From Eledone cirrhosa (taxonomy: Eukaryota): a DNA stretch of 64,000 bases. Below, piece after piece: positions 13,301 to 28,300 of the stretch (positions within the stretch are counted from its first letter, which is position 1; every line of letters starts with the position of its first letter). Both the position numbers and the translations under genes were made by a program. The stretch covers positions 47,864,001 to 47,928,000 of the forward strand of contig OZ024744.1 of the NCBI GenBank assembly GCA_964016885.1. The letters run 5' to 3'. The notes under the pieces were generated by a model. The model saw only the letters and a program-made list of their open reading frames with translations. It was not told the DNA's origin and searched no databases.

Positions 13301-16300
13301 AGAACACCAACCACATTAGACTATCAAGACCAGAACACCAACCACATTAGACTATCAAGACCAGAACACCAACCACATTAGACTATCAAGACCAGAACAC
13401 CAACCACATTAGACTATCAAGACCAGAACACCAACCACATCACATAAGACTATCAAGACCAGAACATAAACCACATCACATTAGACTATCAAGACCAGAA
13501 CACCAACCACATCACATTAGACTATCAAGACCAGAACACCAACCACATCACATTAGACTATCAAGACCTGAACACCAACCACATCACATTAGACTATCAA
13601 GACCAGAACACCAACAACATCACATTAGACTATCAAGACCAGAACACCAACCACATTAGACTATCAAGAACAGAACACCAACAACATTAGACTATCAAGA
13701 CCATAACACCAACCACATTAGACTATCAAGAACAGAACACCAACCACATTAGACTATCAAGACCAGAACACCAACAACAATAGACTATCAAGACCAGAAC
13801 ACCAACCACATTAGACTATCAAGAACAGAACACCAGCCACATTAGACTATCAAGACAAGAACACCAACCACATTAGAGTATCAAGAACAGAACACCAACC
13901 ACATTAGACTATCAAGAACAGAACACCAACCACATTAGACTATCAAGACCAGAACACCAACCACATCACATTAGCCTATCAAGAACAGAACACCAACCAC
14001 ATTAGACTATCAAGACCAGAACTCCAACCACATTAGACTATCAAAACCAGAACACCAACCACATCACATTAGACTATCAAGACCAGAACACCAACCACAT
14101 TAGACTATCAAGACCAGAACACCAACCACATCACATTAGAATATCCAGACCAGAACACCAACCATATCACATTAGACTATCAAGATCTGAACACCAACCA
14201 CATCACATTAGAATATCAAGACCAGAACACCAACAACATCACATTAGACTATCAAGACCAGAACACCAATCACATTAGACTATCAAGAACATAACACCAA
14301 CAACATTAGACTATCAAGACCAGAACACCAACCACATTAGACTATCAAGACAAGAACACCAACCACATTAGACTATCAAGAACAGAAGACCAACCACATT
14401 AGACTATCAAGAACAGAACACCAACCACATTAGACTATCAAGACCAGAACACCAACAACATCACATTAGCCTATCAAGAACACCAACCACATTAGACTAT
14501 CAAGACCAGAACACCAACCACATTAGACTATCAAGGCCAGAACACCAACCACATCACATTAGACTATCAATACCAGAACACCAACCACATTAGACTATCA
14601 AGACCAGAACACCAACCACATCACATTAGAATATCAAGACCAGAACACCAACCACATCACATTAGACTATCAAGACCTGAACACCAACCACATCACATTA
14701 GACTATCAACACCAGAACACCAACAACATCACATTAGACTATCAAGACCAGAACACCAACCACATTAGACTATCAAGAACATAACACCAGCAACATTAGA
14801 CTATCAAGACCATAACACCAACCACATTAGACTATCAAGAACAGAACACCAACCACATTAGACTATCAAGACCAGAACACCAACAACAATAGACTATCAA
14901 GACCAGAACACCAACCACATTAGACTATCAAGAACAGAACACCAACCACATTAGACTATCAAGACCAGAACACCAACCACATTAGACTATCAAGAACAGA
15001 ACACCAACCACATTAGACTATCAAGAACAGAACACCAACCACATTAGACTATCAAGACCAGAACAACAACCACATTAGACTATCAAGACCAGAACACCAA
15101 CCACATCACATTAGACTATCAAGACCAGAACACCAACCACATTAGACTATCAAGACCAGAACACCAACCACATCACATTAGACTATCAAGACCAGAACAC
15201 CAACCACATCACATTAGACTATCAAGACCTGAACACCAACCACATCACATTAGACTATCAAGACCATAACACCAACCACATTAGACTATCAAGAACAGAA
15301 CACCAATCATATTAGACTATCAAGACCAGAACACCAAAAACAATAGACTATCAAGACCAGAACACCAACCACATTAGACTATCAAGAACAGAACACCAAC
15401 CACATTAGACTATCAAGACCAGAACACCAACCACATTAGACTATCAAGAACAGAACACCAACCACATTAGACTATCAAGAACAGAACACCAACCACATTA
15501 GACTATCAAGCCCAGAACACCAACCACATCACATTAGCCTATCAAGAACAGAACACCAACCACATTAGACTATCAAGACCAGAACACCAACCACATCACA
15601 TTAGACTATCAAGACCAGAACACCAACCACATCACATTAGACCATCAAGACCAGAACACCAACCACATCACATTAGACTATCAAGACCAGAACACCAACC
15701 ACATCACATTAGACTATCAAGACCAGAACACCAACCACATTAGACTATCAAGACCAGAACACCAACCACATTAGACTATCAAGACCAGAACACCAACCAC
15801 ATTAGACTATCAAGACCAGAACACCAACCACATCACATAAGACTATCAAGACCAGAACATAAACCACATCACATTAGACTATCAAGACCAGAACACCAAC
15901 CACATCACATTAGACTATCAAGACCAGAACACCAACCACATCACATTAGACTATCAAGACCAGAACACTAACCACATTAGACTATCAAGACCAGAACACC
16001 AACCACATTAGACTATCAAGACCAGAACACCAACCACATTAGACTATCAAGACCAGAACACCAACCACATTAGACTATCAAGACCAGAACTCCAACCACA
16101 TTAGACTATCAAGACCAGAACACCAACCACATCACATTAGACTATCAAGACCAGAACACCAACAATATCATTTTAGACTATCAAGACCAGAACACCAACC
16201 ACATTAGTCTATCAAGACCAGAACACCAACAACATTAGACTATCAAGACCAGAACACCAACCACATCACATTAGACTATCAAGACCAGAACACCAACCAC

Positions 16301-19300
16301 GTTAGACTATCAAGACCAGAACACCAACCACATCACATTTGACTATCAAGACCAGAACACCAACCACATCACATTAGACTATCAAGACCAGAACACAAAC
16401 CACATCACATTAGACTATCAAGACCAGAACACCAACCACATCACATTAGACTATCAAGACCAGAACACCAACCACATTAGACTATCAAGACCAGAACTCC
16501 AACCACATTAGACTATCAAGAGAAGAACACCAACCACATCACATTAGACTATCAAGACCAGAACTCCAACCACATTAGACTATCAAGACCAGAACACCAA
16601 CAACATTAGACTATCAACACCAGAACACCAACCACATTAGACTATCAAGACCAGAACTCCAACCACATTAGACTATCAAGACCAGAACACCAACCACATT
16701 AGACTATCAAGACCAGAACACCAACCACATCACATTTGACTATCAAGACCAGAACACCAACCACATCACATTAGACTATCAAGACCAGAAAACCAACCAC
16801 ATCACATTAGACTATCAAGACCAGAACACCAACCACATCACATTAGACTATCAAGACCAGAACACCAACCACATTAGACTATCAAGACCAGAACACCAAC
16901 CACATCACATTAGACTATCAAGACCAGAACACCAACCACATTATACTATCAAGACCAGAACACCAACCACATTAGACTATCAAGACCAGAACACCAACCA
17001 CATCACATTAGACTATCAAGACCAGAACACCAACCACATTAGACTATCAAGACCAGAACACCAACCACATTAGACTATCAAGACCAGAACACCAACCACA
17101 TTAGACTATCAAGACCAGAACACCAACCACATCACATTAGACTATCAAGACCAGAACACCAACCACATTAGACTATCAAGACCAGAACACCAACCACATT
17201 AGACTATCAAGACCAGAACACCAACCACATTAGACTATCAAGACCAGAACACCAACCACATCACATTAGACTATCAAGACCAGAACACCAACCACATTAG
17301 ACTATCAAGACCAGAACACCAACCACATTAGACTATCAAGACCAGAACACCAACCACATTAGACTATCAAGACCATAACACCAACCACATCACATCAGAC
17401 TATCAAGAGCAGAACACCAACCACATTAGACTATCAAGACCAGAACACCAACCACATTAGACAATCAAGAACAGAACTCCAACCACATTACAATATCAAG
17501 ACCAGAACACCAACCACATCACATTAGACTATCAAGACCAGAACACCAACCACATCACATTAGACTATCAAGACCAGAACACCAACCACATTAGACTATC
17601 ATGACCAGAACACCAACCACATTAGACTATCAAGACCATAACACCAACCACATCACATCAGACTATCAAGAGCAGAACACCAACCACATTAGACTATCAA
17701 GACCAGAACACCAACCACATTAGACTATCAAGACCAGAACACCAACCACATTAGACTATCAAGACCAGAACACCAACCACATTAGACTATCAAGACCAGA
17801 ACACCAACCACATTAGACTATCAAGACCAGAACACCAACCACATTAGACTATCAAGACCAGAACACCAACCACATTAGACTATCAAGACCAGAACACCAA
17901 CCACATCACATAAGACTATCAAGACCAGAACATAAACCACATCACATTAGACTATCAAGACCAGAACACCAACCACATCACATTAGACTATCAAGACCAG
18001 AACACCAACCACATCACATTAGACTATCAAGACCTGAACACCAACCACATCACATTAGACTATCAAGACCAGAACACCAACAACATCACATTAGACTATC
18101 AAGACCAGAACACCAACCACATTAGACTATCAAGAACAGAACACCAACAACATTAGACTATCAAGACCATAACACCAACCACATTAGACTATCAAGAACA
18201 GAACACCAACCACATTAGACTATCAAGACCAGAACACCAACAACAATAGACTATCAAGACCAGAACACCAACCACATTAGACTATCAAGAACAGAACACC
18301 AACCACATTAGACTATCAAGACAAGAACACCAACCACATTAGACTATCAAGAACAGAACACCAACCACATTAGACTATCAAGACCAGAACACCAACCACA
18401 TCACATTAGCCTATCAAGAACAGAACACCAACCACATTAGACTATCAAGACCAGAACACCAACCACATTATACTATCAAAACCAGAACACCAACCACATC
18501 ACATTAGACTATCAAGACCAGAACACCAACCACATTAGACTATCAAGACCAGAACACCAACCACATCACATTAGAATATCCAGACCAGAACACCAACCAT
18601 ATCACATTAGACTATCAAGACCTGAACACCAACAACATCACATTAGACTATCAAGACCAGAACACCAACTACATCACATTAGACTATCAAGACCAGAACA
18701 CCAACCACATTAGACTATCAAGAACATAACACCAACAACATTAGACTATCAAGAACATAACACCAACCACATTAGACTATCAAGAACAGAACACCAACCA
18801 CATTAGACTATCAAGAACAGAATACCAACCACATTAGACTATCAAGACCAGAACACCAACAACATCACATTAGCCTATCAAGAACAGAACACCAACCACA
18901 TTAGACTATCAAGACCAGAACACCAACCACATTAGACTATCAAGACCAGAACACCAACCACATCACATTAGACTATCAAGACCAGAACACCAACCACATT
19001 AGACTATCAAGACTAGAACACCAACCACATCACATTAGAATATCAAGACCAGAACACCAATCACATCACATTAGACTATCAAGACCTGAACACCAACCAC
19101 ATCACATTAGACTATCAACACCAGAACACCAACAACATCACATTAGACTATCAAGACCAGAACACCAACCACATTAGACTATCAAGAACATAACACCAGC
19201 AACATTAGACTATCAATACCATAACACCAACCACATTAGACTATCAAGAACAGAACACCAACCACATTAGACTATCAAGACCAGAACACCAACAACAATA

Positions 19301-19350
19301 GACTATCAAGACCAGAACACCAACCACATTAGACTATCAAGAACAGAACA
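7600..19350. repeat. Higher-order block duplication: ~7.6-11.35 kb recurs at ~15.6-19.35 kb (offset ~7,998 bp)
   Basis: AGACCATC 7641/15639 and AAGAGAAGAA 8520/16518. The same ordered variants follow (CACGTT, TTTGAC, GACAATC, TTACAATATC, GAATATCCAG). Boundaries are approximate. Confidence 0.8.
10020..12850. repeat. First-level higher-order module (14-19 monomers, ~0.46-0.62 kb) marked by a GACCTG 36-mer; five consecutive diverged copies here, with the same pattern in other GAAC-rich domains
   Basis: GACCTG at 10032, 10620, 11084, 11605 and 12224 gives spacings of 588, 464, 521 and 619, each an exact sum of 31s and 36s. Each is followed by a similar variant order: AACAACA 36-mer, plain 31-mer, GAAC+AACA 31-mer, CATAA 31-mer, GAAC 31-mer, and often ACAATAG and later TTAGCC. 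Confidence 0.8.
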
Positions 19351-22300
19351 CCAACCATATTAGACTATCAAGACCAGAACACCAACCACATTAGACTATC
19401 AAGAACAGAACACCAACCATATTAGACTATCAAGACCAGAACACCAACCACATTAGACTATCAAGAACAGAACACCAACCACATTAGACTATCAAGAACA
19501 GAACACCAACCACATTAGACTATCAAGACCAGAACACCAACCACATCACATTAGCCTATCAAGAACAGAACACCAACCACATTAGACTATCAAGACCAGA
19601 ACACCAACCACATTAGACTATCAAGAACAGAACACAAACCACATTAGACTATCAAGACCAGAACACCAACCACATTAGACTATCAAGACCAGAACACCAA
19701 ACACATTACACTATCAAGAACAGAACACCAACCACATTAGACTATCAAGAACAGAACACCAACCACATTAGACTATCAAGAACAGAACACCAACCACATT
19801 AGACTATCAAGAACAGAACACCAACCACATTAGACTATCAAGAACAGAACACCAACCACATTAGACTATCAAGAACAGAACACAAACCACATTAGACTAT
19901 CAAGACCAGAACATTAACAACATCACATAGTCTATCAAGACCAGAACAGCAACAACATCACATTAGACTATCAAGACCAGAACACCACCCACATCACATT
20001 AGACTATCAAGACCAGAACACCAAACACATCACATTAGACTATCAAGACCAGAACACCAACCACATTAGACTACCAAGTCCAGAACACCAACCACATCAC
20101 ATTGGACTATTAAGACCAGAACACCAACCACATTAGACTATCAAGCCCAGAACTCCAACCACATTAGACTATCAAGACCAGAACACCAACCACATCACAT
20201 TAGACTATCAAAACCATAACACCAACCACATTAGACTATCAAGACCATAACACCAACCACATTAGACTATCAAGACCAGAACAACAACTAGATCACATTA
20301 GACTATCAAGACCAGAACATCAACAATATCATTTTAGACTATCAAGACCAGAACACCAACAACATAACATTAGACTATCAAGACCAGAACACCAACCACA
20401 TCACATTAGACTATCAAGACCAGAACACCAACCACATCACATTAGACTATCAAGACCAGAACACCAACCACATCACATTAGACTATCAAGACGTGAACAC
20501 CAACCACATTAGACTATCAAGACCAGAACACCAACCACATTAGACTATCAAGACCAGAACACCAACCACATTAGACTATCAAGACCAGAACACCAACCAC
20601 ATCACATTAGACTATCAAGACCAGAACACCAACCACATTAGATTTCAAGACCAGAACACCAACCACATTATACTATCAAGACCAGAACACCAACCACATC
20701 ACATCAGAATATCAAGACCAGAACACCAACCACATTAGACTATCAAGACCAGAACACCAACCACATCACATTAGACTATCAAGAACAGAACACCAACCAC
20801 ATCACATTAGACTATCAAGACCAGTACACCAACCACATCACATTAGACTATCAAGACCAGAACACCAACCACATCACATTAGACTATCAAGACGTGAACA
20901 CCAACCACATTAGACTATCAAGACCAGAACACCAACAACATTAGACTATCAAGACCAGAACACCAACCACATTAGACTATCAAGACCAGAACACCAACCA
21001 CATCACATTAGACTATCAAGACCAGAACACCAACAACATCACATTAGACTACCAAGACCATAACACCAACCATATTAAACTATCAAGACCAGAACACCAA
21101 CCACATCATATTAGACTATCAAGACCAGAACACCAACCACATTAGACTATCAAGACCAGAACACCAATCACATTAGACTATCAAGACCAGAACACCAACC
21201 ACATCACATTAGAATATCAAGACCAGAACACCAACCACATCACATTAGACTATCAAGACCAGAACACCAACCACATTAGACTATCAAGAACAGAACACCA
21301 ACCACATTAGACTATCAAGAAAAGAACACCAACCACATTAGACTATCAAGACCAGAACACCAACCACATCAAATTAGACTATCAAGACCAGAACACTAAC
21401 CACATTAGACTATCAAGACCAGAACACTAACAACATCACATAGTCTATCAAGACCAGAACACCAACAACATCACAAGAGACTATAAAGACCAGAACACCA
21501 ACAACATCACATTAGAGTATCAAGACCAGAACACCACCCACATCACATTAGACTATCAAAACCAGAACACCAAACACATCACATAAGACTATCAAGACCA
21601 GAACACCAACCACATTAGACTACCATGACCAGAACAACAACCACATCACATTAGACTATTAAGACCAGAACACCAACCACATCACATTAGACTATCAAGA
21701 CCAGAACACCAACCACATTAGACTATCAAGACCAGAACTCCAACCACATCACATTAGACTATCAAGACCAGAACACCAACCACATTAGACTATCAAGACC
21801 AGAACACCAACCACATCACATTAGACTATCAAGACCAGAACACCAACCACATCACATTAGACTATCAAGACCAGAACACCAACCACATCACATTAGACTA
21901 TCAAGACCATAACACCAACCACATTAGACTATCAAGACCATAACACCAACCACATTAGACTATCAAGACCAGAACACCAACCACATTAGACTATCAAGAC
22001 CAGAACACCAACCACATTAGACTATCAAGACCAGAACACCAACCACATCACATAAGACTATCAAGACCAGAACATAAACCACATCACATTAGACTATCAA
22101 GACCAGAACACCAACCACATCACATTAGACTATCAAGACCAGAACACCAACCACATCACATTAGACCATCAAGACCAGAACACCAACCACATCACATTAG
22201 ACTATCAAGACCAGAACACCAACCACATCACATTAGACTATCAAGACCAGAACACCAACCACATTAGACTATCAAGACCAGAACACCAACCACATTAGAC

Positions 22301-25300
22301 TATCAAGACCAGAACACCAACCACATTAGACTATCAAGACCAGAACACCAACCACATCACATAAGACTATCAAGACCAGAACATAAACCACATCACATTA
22401 GACTATCAAGACCAGAACACCAACCACATCACATTAGACTATCAAGAACAGAACACCAACCACATCACATTAGACTATCAAGACCAGAACACTAACCACA
22501 TTAGACTATCAAGACCAGAACACCAACCACATTAGACTATCAAGACCAGAACACCAACCACATTAGACTATCAAGACCAGAACACCAACCACATTAGACT
22601 ATCAAGACCAGAACTCCAACCACATTAGACTATCAAGACCAGAACACCAACCACATCACATTAGACTATCAAGACCAGAACACCAACAATATCATTTTAG
22701 ACTATCAAGACCAGAACACCAACCACATTAGACTATCAAGACCAGAACACCAACAACATTAGACTATCAAGACCAGAACACCAACCACATCACATTAGAC
22801 TATCAAGACCAGAACACCAACCTCGTTAGACTATCAAGACCAGAACACCAACCACATCACATTTGACTATCAAGACCAGAACACCAACCACATCACATTA
22901 GACTATCAAGACCAGAACACAAACCACATCACATTAGACTATCAAGACCAGAACACCAACCACATCACATTAGACTATCAAGACCAGAACACCAACCACA
23001 TTAGACTATCAAGACCAGAACTCCAACCACATTAGACTATCAAGAGAAGAACACCAACCACATCACATTAGACTATCAAGACCAGAACTCCAACCACATT
23101 AGACTATCAAGACCAGAACACCAACAACATTAGACTATCAACACCAGAACACCAACCACATTAGACTATCAAGACCAGAACTCCAACCACATTAGACTAT
23201 CAAGACCAGAACACCAACCACATTAGACTATCAAGACCAGAACACCAACCACATTAGACTATCAAGACCAGAACACCAACCACATCACATTAGACTATCA
23301 AGACCAGAACACCAACCACATTAGACTATCAAGACCAGAACACCAACCACATCACATTAGACTATCAAGACCAGAACACCAACCACATTAGACTATCAAG
23401 ACCAGAACACCAACCACATTAGACTATCAAAACCAGAACACCAACCACATTAGACTATCAAGACCAGAACACCAACCACATCACATTAGACTATCAAGAC
23501 CAGAACACCAACCACATTAGACTATCAAGACCAGAACACCAACCACATTAGACTATCAAGACCAGAACACCAACCACATTAGACTATCAAGACCATAACA
23601 CCAACCACATCACATCAGACTATCAAGAGCAGAACACCAACCACATTAGACTATCAAGACCAGAACACCAACCACATTAGACAATCAAGAACAGAACTCC
23701 AACCACATTACAATATCAAGACCAGAACACCAACCACATCACATTAGACTATCAAGACCAGAACACCAACCACATCACATTAGACTATCAAGACCAGAAC
23801 ACCAACCACATTAGACTATCATGACCAGAACACCAACCACATTAGACTATCAAGACCATAACACCAACCACATCACATCAGACTATCAAGAGCAGAACAC
23901 CAACCACATTAGACTATCAAGACCAGAACACCAACCACATTAGACTATCAAGACCAGAACACCAACCACATTAGACTATCAAGACCAGAACACCAACCAC
24001 ATTAGACTATCAAGACCAGAACACCAACCACATTAGACTATCAAGACCAGAACACCAACCACATTAGACTATCAAGACCAGAACACCAACCACATTAGGC
24101 TATCAAGACCAGAACACCAACCACATCACATAAGACTATCAAGACCAGAACATAAACCACATCACATTAGACTATCAAGACCAGAACACCAACCACATCA
24201 CATTAGACTATCAAGACCAGAACACCAACCACATCACATTAGACTATCAAGACCTGAACACCAACCACATCACATTAGACTATCAAGACCAGAACACCAA
24301 CAACATCACATTAGACTATCAAGACCAGAACACCAACCACATTAGACTATCAAGAACAGAACACCAACAACATTAGACTATCAAGACCATAACACCAACC
24401 ACATTAGACTATCAAGAACAGAACACCAACCACATTAGACTATCAAGACCAGAACACCAACAACAATAGACTATCAAGACCAGAACACCAACCACATTAG
24501 ACTATCAAGAACAGAACACCAACCACATTAGACTATCAAGACAAGAACACCAACCACATTAGACTATCAAGAACAGAACACCAACCACATTAGACTATCA
24601 AGACCAGAACACCAACCACATCACATTAGCCTATCAAGAACAGAACACCAACCACATTAGACTATCAAGACCAGAACACCAACCACATTATACTATCAAA
24701 ACCAGAACACCAACCACATCACATTAGACTATCAAGACCAGAACACCAACCACATTAGACTATCAAGACCAGAACACCAACCACATCACATTAGAATATC
24801 CAGACCAGATCACCAACCATATCACATTAGACTATCAAGACCTGAACACCAACAACATCACATTAGACTATCAAGACCAGAACACCAACAACATCACATT
24901 AGACTATCAAGACCAGAACACCAACCACATTAGACTATCAAGAACATAACACCAACAACATTAGACTATCAAGAACATAACACCAACCACATTAGACTAT
25001 CAAGAACAGAACACCAACCACATTAGACTATCAAGAACAGAATACCAACCACATTAGACTATCAAGACCAGAACACCAACAACATCACATTAGCCTATCA
25101 AGAACAGAACACCAACCACATTAGACTATCAAGACCAGAACACCAACCACATTAGACTATCAAGACCAGAACACCAACCACATCACATTAGACTATCAAG
25201 ACCAGAACACCAACCACATTAGACTATCAAGACAAGAACACCAACCACATCACATTAGAATATCAAGACCAGAACACCAATCACATCACATTAGACTATC

Positions 25301-28300
25301 AAGACCTGAACACCAACCACATCACATTAGACTATCAACACCAGAACACCAACAACATCACATTAGACTATCAAGACCAGAACACCAACCACATTAGACT
25401 ATCAAGAACATAACACCAGCAACATTAGACTATCAATACCATAACACCAACCACATTAGACTATCAAGAACAGAACACCAACCACATTAGACTATCAAGA
25501 CCAGAACACCAACAACAATAGACTATCAAGACCAGAACACCAACCACATTAGACTATCAAGAACAGAACACCAACCATATTAGACTATCAAGACCAGAAC
25601 ACCAACCACATTAGACTATCAAGAACAGAACACCAACCACATTAGACTATCAAGAACAGAACACCAACCACATTAGTCTATCAAGACCAGAACAACAACC
25701 ACATTAGACTATCAAGACCAGAACACCAACCACATCACATTAGACTATCAAGACCAGAACACCAACCACATTAGACTATCAAGACCAGAACACCAACCAC
25801 ATCACATTAGACTATCAAGACCAGAACACCAACCACATCACATTAGACTATCAAGACCTGAACACCAACCACATCACATTAGACTATCAAGACCAGAACA
25901 CCAACAACATCACATTAGACTATCAAGACCAGAACACCAACCACATTAGACTATCAAGAACAGAACACCAACAACATTAGACTATCAAGACCATAACACC
26001 AACCACATTAGACTATCAAGAACAGAACACCAACCACATTAGACTATCAAGACCAGAACACCAACAACAATAGACTATCAAGACCAGAACACCAACCACA
26101 TTAGACTATCAAGAACAGAACACCAACCACATTAGACTATCAAGACCAGACCACGAACCACATTAGACTATCAAGAACAGAATACCAACCACATTAGACT
26201 ATCAAGAACAGAACACCAACCACATTAGACTATCAAGACCAGAACACCAACCACATCACATTAGCCTATCTAGAACAGAACACCAACCACATTAGACTAT
26301 CAAGACCAGAACACCAACCACATTAGACTATCAAAACCAGAACACCAACCACATCACATTAGACTATCAAGACCAGAACACCACCCACATTAGACTATCA
26401 AGACCAGAACACCAACCACATCACATTAGAATATCAAGACCAGAACACCAACCATATCACATTAGACTATCAAGACCTGAACACCAACCACATCACATTA
26501 GACTATCAAGACCAGAACACCAACAACATCACATTAGACTATCAAGACCAGAACACAAACCACATTAGACTATCAAGAACATAACACCAACAACATTAGA
26601 CTATCAAGACCATAACACCCACCACATTAGACTATCAAGAACAGAATACCAACCACATTAGACTATCAAGACCAGAACACCAACAACAATAGACTATCAA
26701 GACCAGAACACCAACCACATTAGACTATCAAGAACAGAACACCAACCACATTAGACTATCAAGACCAGAACACCAACCACATTAGACTATCAAGAACAGA
26801 ACACCAACCACACTAGACTATCAAGAACAGAACACCAACCACATTAGTCTATCAAGACCAGAACACCAACCACATCACATTAGCCTATCAAGAACAGAAC
26901 ACCAACCACATTAGACTATCAAGACCAGAACACCAACCACATTAGACTATCAAGACAAGAACACCAACCACATCACATTAGACTATCAAGACCAGAACAC
27001 CAACCACATCAGATTAGACTATCCTGACCAGAACACCAACCACATTAGACTATCAAGAACAGAACTCCAACCACATTACACTATCAAGACCAGAACTCCA
27101 ACCACATCACATTAGACTATCAAGACCAGAACACCAACCACATCACATTAGACTATCAAGACCAGAACACCAACCACATTAGACTATCATGACCAGAACA
27201 CCAACCACATTAGACTATCAAGACCATAACACCAACCACATCACATCAGACTATCAAGAGCAGAACACCAACCACATTAGACTATCAAGACCAGAACACC
27301 AACCACATTAGACTATCAAGACCAGAACACCAACCACATTAGACTATCAAGACCAGAACACCAACCACATTAGACTATCAAGACCAGAACACCAACCACA
27401 TTAGACTATCAAGACCAGAACACCAACCACATTAGACTATCAAGACCAGAACACCAACCACATTAGACTATCAAGACCAGAACACCAACCACATTAGACT
27501 ATCAAGACCAGAACACCAACCACATCACATAAGACTATCAAGACCAGAACATAAACCACATCACATTAGACTATCAAGACCAGAACACCAACCACATCAC
27601 ATTAGACTATCAAGACCAGAACACCAACCACATCACATTAGACTATCAAGACCTGAACACCAACCACATCACATTAGACTATCAAGACCAGAACACCAAC
27701 AACATCACATTAGACTATCAAGACCAGAACACCAACCACATTAGACTATCAAGAACAGAACACCAACAACATTAGACTATCAAGACCATAACACCAACCA
27801 CATTAGACTATCAAGACCAGAACACCAACCACATTAGACTATCAAGAACATAACACCAACAACATTAGACTATCAAGAACATAACACCAACCACATTAGA
27901 CTATCAAGAACAGAACACCAACCACATTAGACTATCAAGAACAGAATACCAACCACATTAGACTATCAAGACCAGAACACCAATAACATCACATTAGCCT
28001 ATCAAGAACAGAACACCAACCACATTAGACTATCAAGACCAGAACACCAACCACATTAGACTATCAAGACCAGAACACCAACCACATCACATTAGACTAT
28101 CAAGACCAGAACACCAACCACATTAGACTATCAAGACTAGAACACCAACCACATCACATTAGAATATCAAGACCAGAACACCAATCACATCACATTAGAC
28201 TATCAAGACCTGAACACCAACCACATCACATTAGACTATCAACACCAGAACACCAACAACATCACATTAGACTATCAAGACCAGAACACCAACCACATTA

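Larger units (their letters stand above)
4250..27200. repeat. Higher-order block duplication: ~4.25-12.95 kb recurs at ~18.7-27.2 kb (offset ~14.25-14.52 kb, with whole-monomer indels)
   Basis: GACTAGAACA 4561/19011 and ACATTAAC 5461/19911 (offset 14,450); AAGAAAAGAA 6795/21317 (14,522); AGATTAGACTATCCTG 12761/27011 (14,250). Confidence 0.8.
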
